Shown piece by piece: positions 21,725-36,800 of a DNA stretch of 64,000 nucleotides (positions are counted from its first letter, which is position 1; each line of letters opens with the position of its first letter). The DNA is taken from positions 1 through 64,000 of the forward strand of contig JAUCBJ010000757.1 in NCBI GenBank assembly GCA_032718475.1, given 5' to 3'. Below the pieces are notes generated by a model, which was given only the letters and a program-made list of their open reading frames with translations, was not told where the DNA came from and did no database searches. Position numbers and translations under genes: made by a program. This stretch comes from Nemertoderma westbladi. Taxonomy: Eukaryota > Animalia > Xenacoelomorpha.

Positions 21725-24700
21725 TTTTTTTTATATTAGTTAAGACATTATACATATATACATAAGCGATTATTCCTATACATAAGCAATTATACCTACC
21801 GGTACCTATACATAAGCAAAAAAATACTTATACATAAGCACCTTACATATGTGTATTTTATATAAATGTTACTGTTACTTGTTGTGGCTTGACCAAGCAT
21901 GCACAAAGTATTGTATATACAGTAGATTCATTAGTCACATGCCCTATACAACTATACTAGTATACACCAGTTGATACCCATTCATTAAATGTAGTATAGC
22001 ACTATATAGTTTCAAATATGCTGCTGCAGCTACCAGCTTGAGAACATTTAGCTTGTTTTCAATGCATTTCTTATGGCTCCCCATTTATGAGTGAAATTAT
22101 CCCAACGTGATTCCCCGGTTGCGGTAAATTTTTCATAGTTTTATATTTTTTTAATCTCATATGTAGTGCCTCTATATTCAAATTTGGACTAGCTGAAAAC
22201 TTTTCGCAGTAAATGTAGTATTTTGCTATCATTACAACCAAATTTACTAGTTTCGGTACCGGAGAACTGAACCCAAAGATAAGTGACTTGCAAGAAACAT
22301 GTAGCTCTAGCCTTGTCTTTCGTAGCCACCAGGTTTTTAGCTCACAGAGAAACCCTTTCACATGTTCACACTAACAAAAAAGCTGCATATGCTTTCCTCT
22401 TCAGTATGACAAAAGGAAGATTTGTTTGACTGTAAGATACCAATCTTAGCTAAGTAGCTGTTTGTGGGTAGTCTCCTGTGTAAAAGATGATACTGAAAGT
22501 TCAACAATTTTATCTCCCTTGATGTTGACCGAGCCATTGAGCCAATTTATAGTAATGTTTCCAATCTTTGGTTGTAATTACAGTGTTCAAATCATTCATC
22601 CATTTTTCCATTGCTTTTGTATTTGTTTGTATTTTTTCATGTATGAAAGAGAGGTATGCGCGTTTTGTTGACCCCACTCCTAAAATATAATTAGCTTTTA
22701 TAAAGGCTGGACCTTGAATTTTAGTTCTTAGTTTCTTTCTGTAGTTCGGCGTAATAGCATCGATGGAGACTTATATAATGGAACTGATTGTTAGGTGGAA
22801 TACCATATGTATTTGCCATCTGCACTGCATCTCTTCAAATGTCATAAAGCGATTGCTATCTGGTGCAATTAAGTGGCACAATAAATAAACTCCTTTTGAG
22901 ATCCAATCTGTCCAAAATAGTGGTTTATTGTTAATTTTTATTTTGAAATTGAGCCAGATGTAATCATAATTTTATTATTTTTGTTTCTTGTAGATCTGTG
23001 TCTTTCTGATCACATGCATTATTAAGTTTGCACCAGGTAGCAAGAACTTCTTCCCAGAAATCATTTTTACACATGCGCATACCTTTAACATCCTTCTCGT
23101 GTAAGTTACAGCAACACCTAAAAATCTCATTATTTATACTTTGTGTAAAGCTATTTCTTGCGAGTTCGTTCCATATAACACCGTTTTCTTTTTTAGAGAT
23201 TTTAGCTATCCATTTTATTTTCTGACTTTTTGCATACTCCACTAGTTCTGGCAGTTTTATACCCCCAGTTGTAATATCCGCAATAAGGATATAATACAAT
23301 CATCGCAATAATACAATCTTTTAATGTTATTGTTCATGGTAGTTTGCGATAGTGTTTTCAAACACGAGAAGCTATACATCAATTTTGGCAGTATGAGTGA
23401 TATAATGATTGTAGCTCTACCTAAAAGTGTCAGCTTATGTTTTCTCCATAAATTTATTATCATCTTAACTTTTTCAGTACATCGTGTAAAATTCATTTTT
23501 TCTATTTTGGTAGTATCAGATGATATTAAAACACCAAGGACATTGAAGGGTTGATCCGGCTCTAACCATTTTAATTTACGATGGGGGAATAGTTTTATTC
23601 TAGAATTCTTTGTTTTTCCTATACGGATAATTTCGGTTTTGGATTCATTTAGTTCGAGTCCTGAGACCAGAGCAAATTGTTCTAATAAAACTAGTAGGAA
23701 TTCTAGAACATTAGCATCATCAATTATAAAAAAATTTGTATCATCGGCGTACTGTGACACTTTATTTTCCAGATTATTGACACCTAATCCAACGATATTG
23801 TCTGTACATCTAACTGCTTCGCTAAGATTTCCACGGCAAGCACAAAAAGATATGCAGGCAGGGGACATCCCTGGCGGACTCCCCTCCATGGAGAAAATGT
23901 TCTGGAAAAAAAACCATTGTTCTGTATAGAAAGTTTAAATTTATTGTTGTACAAAACATTGAACCAAATAATAAACGAATTTGGAAAGTTTAAGAACGAT
24001 AATGTTTCCTTAATAAAATCCCACTCTATAGAATCGAATGCCTTTCTGAATTGACTTTCCGCATTGACTAAAAGAACAGATTCATCCTCTTCCTCCAGTT
24101 GATCAATTGTATCTATAACTCTACGTATATTTTCGACGATATATCTGCCTTTTATAAATCCTGTCTGGTCTCTATTAATAATGTTAACTAAAACTCATTT
24201 GCGAGAAGTTTGCGACAAGTCTCTATCCTTTTTCGGGAATATTGAAAAAATCCCCTGTTGCTGTGATTGTGATAGTGTCTGCGATTGAAAAGTATATAAA
24301 AAACTGGCCAGTAAGTATTGTTTTATATCATTCCAAAAAAACTTATAAAATTCTGTTGTGTAGCCATCTCCACCTGGGCTCTTCCCATTGCTCATTTGTT
24401 TTAGAGAATCAAGATCCTCGTTTTCTGTTAAATTTTTGTCAAGAATTTCAATGTCAGATGCATTCAATTTTGGGATATTCTTACATTTACTAAAAAACGC
24501 ATCTATTACTTTTCTCCTTATGTGTTTATTACTATCGTCGATTTTGGATGTGTACAGATTTTCATAGAATTTGGCTGATTCTTCTAGGATGTCTTTATCA
24601 ATAACAATTCGTTTAAAACCATTGCCTTCTACAACTCTTAGTGATGAAATATTGTTATATTTTGATTTTATCTTTTCTAAGTTTAGAAAGTATTTAGTTG

Positions 24701-24810
24701 GCCTTTCCCCCACTTCATAATTTTGTAATTTGGTTCTAAAAATTGCTTCTTCCGCTTTATCACAGTCCATTCTATGTATCTTATCTCTTAGCTCTTGAAA
24801 AAGCTTGAAA
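21725..24810 (-). mobile_element. Degraded, 5'-truncated L1/Tx1-clade LINE (ORF2 relic)
   Basis: Frameshifted fragments with GERPTKYFLNLEK, KSPGGDGYTTEFYKFFW, SQYADDT, LTLLGRATII, GGIKLP and AKYYIY; T-run near 21725 is a possible polyA tail. Confidence 0.85.
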
Positions 24811-24844
24811 ATAGATTATATAGCTTAGCTATTGAATTGTTTAG

Positions 24845-25042
24845 AAATATGTCGCACTGATTCTGGACCAGATACAGACAAGAACTGTGTTTTCCCTTTC
24901 AACTACCTTGGAGTCGAATACACAAAATGTACAACAGTAGGAGACAACCAGCCTTGGTGCGCCACTGACGTCACTGCAGGATCCTTCATTCTAGGGTCAG
25001 GGAAGTGGGGTTACTGCATATCTGATACAGCGATATGTTATG
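24845..25042 (+). CDS. Host gene exon: fibronectin type II domain
   Basis: TGTTTAG|...|GTAGGT, 198 nt, phase 1-1; CVFPFNYLGVEYTKCTTVGDNQPWCAT...WGYC. Confidence 0.92.
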
Positions 25043-25286
25043 GTAGGTGCTACTGTATGACTAAATACATGCTTGTATTTTTAATTTTTTTTACACTCTA
25101 AATACAGTTTGACTGTTACCACAGTTTACTGATATTGTTATTGATATTGTTATTGATATTATATATTGATAATATATTATATATATATCTAATGATTGTG
25201 GCCATAAGTCATTTTGAAAGATCAAACAAAATATATATAACTTTTATGTTGAATTTAGCGATCTTATGGTTGCATATTATATAGTA

Positions 25287-25598
25287 CTAGCAGGCAATAC
25301 CCGAGGCATGTTACCCGGTATTTCCCGCTACCGGCATAGGCCTACTTGTGTACTGGTACCGGTATAGGCCTACTGACGTACCGGTACCCAGTACCTGTAC
25401 CGAACGTGAATTAAACTTTTCGAAAAGTGGCCTGTAACGACCGCTGGTTAAAGTTATACACACATGCCAAGTTCCAGCGCAATCCCTCCGCCCGTTTTGG
25501 AGGAGTTCGAACACAGAGAGAGAGAGAGAGAGAGAGAACGGAGAGGAGAGAGAGGAGAGAGAGAGAGAGAGAGAGAATTTGATTTTTATGGGTATAGA
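25287..25598 (-). mobile_element. Short non-autonomous Helitron
   Basis: Minus strand starts TCTATAC and ends CTAG after a GC-rich subterminal hairpin; inserted between A and T; internal (GA)n. Confidence 0.7.
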
Positions 25599-27874
25599 TT
25601 ATGTATAATCATATTCTATATAACTCCAGCAATTTCTACACTTTAGCCAAATCGGGAAATCCTTGGTAGGACTGGTCATATGGATGCACAACACATTTTG
25701 ATGATATAAGAATATTTAATTAGTTATGTATATCTATATAACTTTATATATATATTTGGTTTGTTTATAGGACTGTTACTAAGATAAAACATTTCCATTT
25801 TTAATGAAACATCAATTTCACGTTTTTGCCTAACGGACCTACACCCTATCACAACATTTAATGAATTAAAATTGTTTTTACTAACTAGTAAACATCATTA
25901 TGTGCAAATATCACGATTCAGAGTTATGACCGCTGATCATAGTACCAAACGAGAGAGAGCGAGCTTTGTTGAATGAAACCATAAGACATGTCAACTGCTA
26001 ATGGCTGCATGATTTTTTTAAACTATATTTCAGATTGAGTTTTGGTGTATTGGAAGGTTTGAGGTACTTGAAGTTTTAGCATTATTCTTTATAAACATTT
26101 CCTACTAAATATACCGAATAATGTAGAAATTTAATAGGCAGCCATATAACGAATCATTATAAAGAAAAATTTATAAAATTGTGCATTATTACTAGATACA
26201 ACAATTATTGTATTTTTCTTTTTATTCATATTTTAAATTGATAAAATTATTATTTTTTTTTTTATTTTATTTTAATTAAAGAAATAAGGCTTTTAAAATA
26301 CATATATAATATTATTTTATTTATTTGTAATAATTGTATGGAATTAATTTCGCACAAACAAATCGCCGGAGCGACATATTTTCCAGCTTTATACCGCAGT
26401 GCGACATGTGCGCAGTGCACATTAGTTATGAAATAAGACATGCAACCATAATACAGTCCCAGTGCTTAAGGCTGCATGTTTTATTTAAACTTTACTTTTG
26501 AAGCGAGTTTGTAGGTAATGGTTGGTTGAACATTGAACTAAGTAGATATTTCTCGAATAATTCGAGAAAATTCAGATTTATTTTAATTTTAACATATTAA
26601 TTCTGACTTTCTGACCGTTTGTCTGTTGATCTGTTTTACATAATATAGTATCTCTCAACCCATAGCAAAAACCTATGGCATGGAGTTTTCCTAGTCTGTG
26701 ATTTCATTCCCGATTACGGTTTTCATGTTTGGTGGCATCTAGACTGTCTGTATGTCTGTCCGTTTGCCTGCATATGTGTCTGTCAAAATAGAATATTTCA
26801 CCATACAAAGCTAAAATCTTGGGCATCTGTCTTTTATCGTTATCAGACTTTCATTTTTAGTGGCATATAAACTGTTTTCGATCAGTCTTACATAATTAAA
26901 TTTCGACCACAAGTTATCCCAGAATACAGGAGTTTTCGCACCAAATATACTTTTTTACCGCCCCAAATAGGTAAAATAGCCCCAAATTTCAGTTAGTCAG
27001 TCAGTCAGCAACGATTCGGTTCCTAATAACGGATGTACTGATAGCTAAATTATAATTACTTAGTCAAGCTGGAAATCCCATTATTGCTAATTAAAGTTGT
27101 GTGGTTTAGCGGATCACATTACTTATCAAAGGTCAAGCAGATTATTGTATTGGAAACCGATTGCTTATTAGAGTTGTTTTCATTCAAACCCAGTAGCTAA
27201 TACACGGATTACGTATTACGCACGTGCTGTAGGAATGAATATAAGTCACTGCAAACAAGTATTGTACTTTCTGTTTTGGTCGGCCTCCACCATACGAGTT
27301 TCGAATTATGTTTTTTTTTGAGAAGCCGTTCTGTAGTGCAGATGATCGTTGGATCCACTAATTTGACATGCAACCATAAGACAGCTCCATTGCTTATGGC
27401 TGCATGTTTTATTTAAACTTCATCTCATACATGAGTCTACATGCAATGGGTGGTATATCTAAATAGATTGAGGCACTTGAATTAAGGTTGAAATATGATA
27501 TACAGCCGTATAACAGTGTAATTAGACTTAAAATAAACCGAATATTATTTAAAATAAGACATGCAACGCAATGCATTGAAATTTCCAGTGCTTATTTCAA
27601 GTTCCATGCACATTTTATTAAACTATATTCCAGTCTAGAGTTTGTAATGTAGTTCGTGGGGGCTGGTTTATCTAAATAGATATTATTCTCAGAAAAGTTT
27701 GAGTAATTTCGATTTTATTAAAGTTTTCATTTTGCTATTGGAATAACTAGGAATATTGATGTAATTAATATCCAATTTAATTTGTATCACTAATTAATTG
27801 CAGTTATTACAACAAAGTTTCGGTAAACAATCATAGACTTAGCATATAATGGTTGCTATAAAGCTAGAGTTCAG

Positions 27875-29110
27875 ATTGTATTTACGGTATCAATTTTCAT
27901 GTTTGGCAGCATTTGTAAAGTTTTATGTCTGTCCGTTTTTCAGTCGATCTGTCTGTCAAAATACAATATGACACCATACAAAGCTAAAATCCTGGGAAAT
28001 TCTGCTTTCTTGGATTCTGACTTAATTTACGGTATCAGTTTCCATATTTGGCAGCGTTTGTAAACTTTGTATGTCTGTCCGTTTGTCAGTCGTTCTGTCT
28101 GTCAAAATACAATATGACACCCTACAAATGCTAAAATCTTGAGAATGTCTATTTTCTTGGACTCTGACATCATTTATGGTATCAGTTTTCATGTTTGGCA
28201 GCATTTTTACAGTTTTATGTCGTCCGTTTGTCAGTCGATCTGTCTGTCAAAATACAATATGACACCCTATAAAGCTTAAATCTTGTAAATGTCTGTTTTT
28301 TGGACTCTGACTTAATTTACGGTATCAGTTTTCATGTTTAGCAGCATTTTTACAGTTTTATGTCGTCCGTTTGTCAGTCGATCTGTCTGTCAAAATACAA
28401 TATGACACCCTATAAAGCTTAAATCTTGGAAATGTCTGTTTTTTGGACTCTGACTTCATTTGCGGTATCAGTTTTCATGTTTAGCAGCATTTTTACAGTT
28501 TTATGTCGTCCGTTTGTCAGTCGATCTGTCTGTCAAAATACAATATGACACCCTATAAAGCTTAAATCTTGGAAATGTCTGTTTTTTGGACTCTGACTTC
28601 ATTTGCGGTATCAGTTTTCATGTTTGGCAGCGTTTGTAAACTTTGTATGTCTGTCCGTTTGTCAGTCGTTCTGTCTGTCAAAATACAATATGACACCCTA
28701 CAAATGCTAAAATCTTGAGAATGTCTATTTTCTTGGACTCTGACATCATTTATGGTATCAGTTTTCATGTTTGGCAGCATTTTTACAGTTTTATGTCGTC
28801 CGTTTGTCAGTCGATCTGTCTGTCAAAATACAATATGACACCCTATAAAGCTTAAATCTTGGAAATGTCTGTTTTTTGGACTCTGACTTCATTTGCGGTA
28901 TCAGTTTTCATGTTTGGCAGCGTTTGTAAACTTTGTATGTCTGTCCGTTTGTCAGTCGTTCTGTCTGTCAAAATACAATATGACACCCTACAAATGCTAA
29001 AATCTTGAGAATGTCTATTTTCTTGGACTCTGACATCATTTATGGTATCAGTTTTCATGTTTGGCAGCATTTGTACAGTTTGCATACGTCTGTCCGTTTC
29101 TCATTCGATC
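27875..29110. repeat. ~145-bp satellite, block A (~8 monomers)
   Basis: TGTCTGTCAAAATACAATATGACACC recurs about every 145 bp; a 290-bp dimer is repeated (28562 to 28852). Confidence 0.92.
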
Positions 29111-30235
29111 TATTAGTACGGTAGTTTCAGAGATGTATTCTAAAGCTTTGAACTTTGGGCGATGTGCCCTTTCTACTACAACCGTCTCATTTGTCGATCT
29201 TGTGTCTCTCTGTACTAATATTTAGTGTGAAGTTTGTGCTATCTAGCCAGACAACCTGTGGTTAGTGAGAACTAAGAATGCGGCGCCTGTCCTTTCTCAA
29301 AATTAACTATAGATTATATAAAACATGCAGCCATAAAACCAATTCATTGCAGTTATTAATTAAACTGACTCTTTGATAAAATTAGTAACTAAAAATTATT
29401 GTACTTTCATTTCTTTTATATTTTCAAGGGATTAAATCATTTAAATAATTCAACTAACTAACTAATTTAACCATTTATAATATTGTATTTATTACTTGAC
29501 CAAAATATGACATAAAAAAAACATAATAATTATTATAATAATATAACATGCAACCATAAGAGAGCTCCATTGCTTAAGGCTGCATGTTTTATTTAAACTT
29601 TATCTCAGACGTGAGTTTACATGTAATGGCTGGTCTATCTAAATAGATTGAGACACTTGAATTAAGGTTTAAATATGATATGTAACCGTATAACAGTATA
29701 ATAAGACTTAAAATAAACCTAATATTATTTATAATAATGCATGCAACTGTATTGAAAGTTCCAGTGCTTATGGCTGCACGTTTTATTTAAACTATTTTCC
29801 AGAAAAGAGTTGTATTGTAGTGGGGGCTGGTTTATCTAAATAGATAATTCTTAGAAAAGTTCGAGTAATTCCGATTTTTTTAAAGTTTTCATTACTTGAT
29901 ATTGGAATAATTAGGAATATTGATGTAATTCATATCCAATTTAATTTGTATCACTAATTAATTGCAGTTATTACAACAAAGTTACGGTAAACAATTATAA
30001 AATTAGCATATAATAGTTGCTATGAAGCTATGCAGAAGAATACAGACGTGTTTAAGAGATTATTATTACTAAGTTAGTGATAGTTAGTTATAGAAGTATA
30101 AGTACGTTCGTCCTATAGGCCGCAACGCTGCAATACGGTACTTTACGGCGTTCAGAGTATAACACCAGAACTCTGAAAAGTTCGCATAATATTGTTGCAA
30201 ATGTACCAATTGTTGATATCACACGTGAACCTTTT

Positions 30236-30740
30236 AGAGTTTATTTAGGGCAGCAGTAGAGACAGCCTTCTTAGATGGGAGTCCATGCTGGTCTCTGACT
30301 GACTGCAGAGTATACAAAACCTCTGGATGGCACATTCACAATAATGCTACGCCGGGGTCATTGTGTCAAGAAGAACGAACACATCTCCATAACCAGACTG
30401 TGAACAACATCGGAAGTGTTTCATTTGTCTCCGAAAGCTTTTACTTGAACTGAGCTGCCACCGCCTTGTAGGACATTGCTTTCACCGTGTGGACCAGCCT
30501 GTGCATAATCTTGTGCTTTGGCGGCCTCATGGAACGACTATGTATGGTGGTAAGCCCATGACTTTCTTGAGACGCAAGTTAAGTTAAAGAACACTGGACT
30601 TGAAGATGCGGATGATCTAGCAAATGTCATGGGTGATAGGGAGTTGAGGTGGAGCAATTTTATCGACAAGCCGACACATCTTTCTTAATATATTTGATAT
30701 AATTAATGCAGCCGCAATGCAACATGCCGATAGTAGTAGT
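30236..30740 (+). mobile_element. Degraded 3' fragment of the same RTE LINE family
   Basis: Aligns by eye with ~15370-15843 (GGGAGTCCATGCTGG...GATGCGGATGATCTAGCAAATGTCATGGG...); ends in TAGTAGTAG. Confidence 0.85.
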
Positions 30741-30859
30741 TATAGATGTTTGTTGATACCAATAGAAAGATATTGGGTATAAAAGTTTCATCAATTATTA
30801 TCTGATTGTAGCAATTAATCTATATTTGTACCGACATTTGCAGGGGCTCATATCCATAT

Positions 30860-33800
30860 ACAATATATTAGACCAGACAGCTAAAATCTTCCATATCTAG
30901 TTTTTTTCATCACTGATTTCATTTCCCATATCAGTTTTCAAGTTTGGCGGCATTTGTACAGTTTGTATGTCTGTTCGTTTGTCAAAAAACAATATGACAC
31001 CTTACAAAGCTAAAATCACGGTAATGACTGTTTTCTTCGACTCAGACTTCATTTACGGTATCAGTTTTGATGTTTGGCAGCATTTGTAAAGTTTGTATGT
31101 CTGTCCGTTTGTCAGTCGATCTGTCTGTCAAAATACAATATGACACCCTATAAAGCTTAAATCTTGGGAATGTGTGTTTACTTAAATTCCGACTTCATGT
31201 ACGGTATCAGTTTTCAAGTTTGGCAGAATTTGTACAGTTTGTATACGTCTGTCCGTTTGTCAGTCGATCTGTCCGTCAAAATACAATATGACACCCTACA
31301 AAGCTAAAATCTGGGAATGTCTGTTTTCTTGCACTCTGACTTCATTTACCGTATCAGTTTTCATGTTTGGCAGCATTTGTACAGTTTGTATGTCTGTCCG
31401 TTTGTCAGTCGATCTGTCTGTCAAAATACAATATGACACCCTACAAATGCTAAAATCCTGAGAATGTCTGTTTTCTTGGACTCTGACTTCATTTACCGTA
31501 TCAGTTTTCATGTTTGGCAGCATTGTACAGTTTATTATGACTGTCCGTTTGTCAGTCAATCTGTCTGTCAAAATACAATATGACACCATACAAAGCTAAA
31601 ATCCCGGGAATGTCTGTTTTCTTGGACTCTGACTTCATTTACTGTTTCAGTTATCATGTTTGGCAGCAATTGAACAGTTTGTATGTCTGTCCGTTTGTCA
31701 GTCGATGTGTCTGTCAAAATACAATATGACACCCTTCAAATTCTAAAATCCTGAGAATGTCTGTTTTCTTGGACTCTGACTTCATTTACCGTATCAGTTT
31801 TCATGTTTGGCAGCATTGTACAGTTTATTATGACTGTCCGTTTGTCAGTCAATCTGTCTGTCAAAATACAATATGACACCATACAAAGCTAAAATCCCAG
31901 GAATATCTGTTTTCTTGGACTCTGACTTCATTTACTGTTTCAGTTATCATGTTTGGCAGCAATTGAACAGTTTGTATGTCTGTCCGTTTGTCAGTCGATG
32001 TGTCTGTCAAAATACAATATGACACCCTTCAAATTCTAAAATCCTGAGAATGTCTGTTTTCTTGGACTCTGACTTCATTTACCGTATCAGTTTTCATGTT
32101 TGGCAACATTTTTACAGTTTGTATGTCTGTCCGTTTGTCATACAATATGACACCATACAAAGCTAAAATCCCGGGAATGTCTGTTTTCTTGGACTCTGAC
32201 TTCATTTACTGAATCAGTTTTCATGTTTGGCAGCAATTGAACAGTTTATTATGTCTGTCCGTTTGTCAGTCAATCTGTCTGTCAAAATACAATATCACAC
32301 CATACAAAGCTAAAATATCGGGAATGTCTGTTTTCTTGGACTCTGAATTCATTTACTGTATCAGTTATCATGTTTGGCAGTATTGTACAGTTTGTATGTC
32401 TGTCCGTTTGTCAGTCAATCTGTCTGTCAAAATACAATATGACACCATACAAAGCTAAAATCCCAGGAATATCTGTTTTCTTGGACTCTGACTTCATTTA
32501 CTGTTTCAGTTGTCATGTTTGGCAGCAATTGAACAGTTTGTATGTCTGTCCGTTTGTCAGTCGATGTGTCTGTCAAAATACAATATGACACCATACAAAG
32601 CTAAAATCCCAGGAATATCTGTTTTCTTGGACTCTGACTTCATTTACTGTTTCAGTTGTCATGTTTGGCAGCAATTGAACAGTTTGTATGTCTGTCCGTT
32701 TGTCAGTCGATGTGTCTGTCAAAATACAATATGACACCATACAAAGCTAAAATCCCGGGAATGTCTGTTTTCTTGGACTCTGACTTCATTTACTGAATCA
32801 GTTTTCATGTTTGGCAGCAATTTAACAGTTTATTATGTCTGTCCGTTTGTCAGTCAATCTGTCTGTCAAAATACAATATCACACCATACAAAGCTAAAAT
32901 ATCGGGAATGTCTGTTTTCTTGGACTCTGAATTCATTTACTGTATCAGTTGTCATGTTTGGCAGTATTGTACAGTTTGTATGTCTGTCCGTTTGTCAGTC
33001 AATCTGTCTGTCAAAATACAATATCACACCATACAAAGCTAAAATATCGGGAATGTCTGTTTTCTTGGACTCTGACTTCATTTACCGTATCAGTTTTCAT
33101 GTTTGGCAGCATTGTACAGTTTATTATGACTGTCCGTTTGTCAGTCAATCTGTCTGTCAAAATACAATATGACACCATACAAAGCTAAAATCCCAGGAAT
33201 ATCTGTTTTCTTGGACTCTGACTTCATTTACTGTTTCAGTTGTCATGTTTGGCAGCAATTGAACAGTTTGTATGTCTGTCCGTTTGTCAGTCGATGTGTC
33301 TGTCAAAATACAATATGACACCATACAAAGCTAAAATCCCGGGAATGTCTGTTTTCTTGGACTCTGACTTCATTTACTGTTTCAGTTGTCATGTTTGGCA
33401 GCAATTGAACAGTTTGTATGTCTGTCCGTTTGTCATACAATATGACACCATACAAAGCTAAAATCCTGGGAATGTCTGTTTTCTTGGACTCTGACTTCAT
33501 TTACTGAATCAGTTTTCATGTTTGGCAGCAATTGAACAGTTTATTATGTCTGTCCGTTTGTCAGTCAATCTGTCTGTCAAAATACAATATCACACCATAC
33601 AAAGCTAAAATATCGGGAATGTCTGTTTTCTTGGACTCTGAATTCATTTACTGTATCAGTTATCATGTTTGGCAGTATTGTACAGTTTGTATGTCTGTCC
33701 GTTTGTCAGTCAATCTGTCTGTCAAAATACAATATGACACCATACAAAGCTAACATCCCGGGAATATCTGTTTTCTTGGACTCTGACTTCATTTACTGTT

Positions 33801-36800
33801 TCAGTTGTCATGTTTGGCAGCAATTGAACAGTTTGTATGTCTGTCCGTTTGTCAGTCGATGTGTCTGTCAAAATACAATATGACACCATACAAAGCTAAA
33901 ATCCCGGGAATGTCTGTTTTCTTGGACTCTGACTTCATTTACTGTTTCAGTTGTCATGTTTGGCAGCAATTGAACAGTTTGTATGTCTGTCCGTTTGTCA
34001 TACAATATGACACCATACAAAGCTAAAATCCTGGGAATGTCTGTTTTCTTGGACTCTGACTTCATTTACTGAATCAGTTTTCATGTTTGGCAGCAATTGA
34101 ACAGTTTATTATGTCTGTCCGTTTGTCAGTCAATCTGTCTGTCAAAATACAATATCACACCATACAAAGCTAAAATATCGGGAATGTCTGTTTTCTTGGA
34201 CTCTGAATTCATTTACTGTATCAGTTATCATGTTTGGCAGTATTGTACAGTTTGTATGTCTGTCCGTTTGTCAGTCAATCTGTCTGTCAAAATACAATAT
34301 GACACCATACAAAGCTAACATCCCGGGAATATCTGTTTTCTTGGACTCTGACTTCATTTAGTGTATCAGATTTCATGTTTGGCAGCAATTGAACAGTTTG
34401 TTTGTCTGTCCGTTTATCAGTCGATCTGTCTATCAAAATACAATATGACACCCTGCAAATTCTAAAATCCTGTGAATGTCTGTTTTCTTGGACTCTGACT
34501 TCATTTACGGTATCAGTTTCCATGTTTGGCAGCAATTTAACAGTTTGTAAGTCTGTCCGTTTGTCTTTCAATCTGTCTGTCAAAATACAATATGACACCA
34601 TACAAAGCTAACATCCCGGGAATGTCTGTTTTCTTGGACTCTGACTTCATTTAGTGTATGAGATTTCATGTTTGGCAGACATTGAACAGTTTGTTTGTCT
34701 GTCCGTTTATCAGTCGATCTGTCTGTCAAAATACAATATGACACCCTGCAAATTCTAAAATCCTGTGAATGTCTGTTTTCTTGGACTCTGACTTCATTTA
34801 CGGTATCAGTTTCCATGTTTGGCAGCAATTTTACAGTTTGTAAGTCTGTCCGTTTGTCTGTCAATCTGTCTGTCAAAATACAATATGACACCATACAAAG
34901 CTAACATCCCGGGAATGTCTGTTTTCTTGGACTCTGACTTCATTTAGTGTATCAGATTTCATGTTTGGCAGCAATTGAACAGTTTGTTTGTCTGTCCGTT
35001 TATCAGTCGATCTGTCTGTCAAAATACAATATGACACCCTGCAAATTCTAAAATCCTGTGAATGTCAGTTTTCTTGGACTCTGACTTCATTTACGGTATC
35101 AGTTTCAATGTTTGGCAGCAATTTTACAGTTTGTAAGTCTGTCCGTTTGTCAGTCAATCTGTCTGTCAAAATACAATATGACACCATACAAAGCTAAAAT
35201 CCCGGGAATGTCTGTTTTCTTGGACTCTGACTTCATTCACTGTTTCAGTTGTCATGTGTTTGGCAGCAATTGAACAGTTTGTATGTCCGTCCGTTTGTCA
35301 GTCGATGTGTCTGTCAAAATACAATATGACACCCTTCAAATTCTAAAATCCTGAGAATGTCTGTTTTCTTGGACTCTGACTTCATTTGCCGTATCAGTTT
35401 TCATGTTTGGCAGCATTGTACAGTTTATTATGACTGTCCGTTTGTCAGTCAATCTGTCTGTCAAAATACAATATGACACCATACAAAGCTAAAATCCCGG
35501 GAATATCTGTTTTCTTGGACTCTGACTTCATTTACTGTTTCAGTTGTCATGTTTGGCAGCAATTGAACAGTTTGTATGTCTGTCCGTTTGTCATACAATA
35601 TGACACCATACAAAGCTAAAATCCCGGGAATGTCTGTTTTCTTGGACTCTGACTTCATTTACTGTATCAGTTTTCATGTTTGGCAGCAATTGAACAGTTT
35701 ATTATGTATGTCCGTTTGTCAGTCAATCTGTCTGTCAAAATACAATATCACACCATACAAAGCTAAAATATCGGGAATGTCTGTTTTCTTGGACTCTGAA
35801 TTCATTTACTGTATCAGTTGTCATGTTTGGCAGTATTGTACAGTTTGTATGTCTGTCCGTTTGTCAGTCAATCTGTCTGTCAAAATACAATATGACACCA
35901 TACAAAGCTAACATCCCGGGAATGTCTGTTTTTTCTTGGACTCTGACTTCATTTAGTGTATCAGATTTCATGTTTGGCAGCAATTGAACAGTTTGTTTGT
36001 CTGTCCGTTTATCAGTCGATCTGTCTATCAAAATACAATATGACACCCTGCAAATTCTAAAATCCTGTGAATGTCTGTTTTCTTGGACTCTGACTTCATT
36101 TACGGTATCAGTTTCCATGTTTAGCAGCAATTTAACAGTTTGTAAGTCTGTCCGTTTGTCTTTCAATCTGTCTGTCAAAATACAATATGACACCATACAA
36201 AGCTAACATCCCGGGAATGTCTGTATTCTTGGACTCGGACTTCATTTAGTGTATCAGATTTCATGTTTGGCAGCAATTGAACAGTTTGTTTGTCTGTCCG
36301 TTTATCAGTCGATCTGTCTGTCAAAATACAATATGACACCCTGCAAATTCTAAAATCCTGTGAATTTCTGTTTTCTTGGACTCTGACTTCATTTACGGTA
36401 TCAGTTTCCATGTTTGGCAGCAATTTTACAGTTTGTAAGTCTGTCCGTTTGTCTGTCAATCTGTCTGTCAAAATACAATATGACACCATACAAAGCTAAC
36501 ATCCCGGGAATGTCTGTTTTCTTGGACTCTGACTTCATTTAGTGTATCAGATTTCATGTTTGGCAGCAATTGAACAGTTTGTTTGTCTGTCCGTTTATCA
36601 GTCGATCTGTCTGTCAAAATACAATATGACACCCTACAAATTCTAAAATCCTGAGAATGTCAGTTTTCTTGGACTCTGATTTCATTTACGGTATCAGTTT
36701 CAATGTTTGGCAGCAATTTTACAGTTTGTAAGTCTGTCCGTTTGTCTGTCAATCTGTCTGTCAAAATACAATATGACACCCTATAAAGCTTAAATCATGG

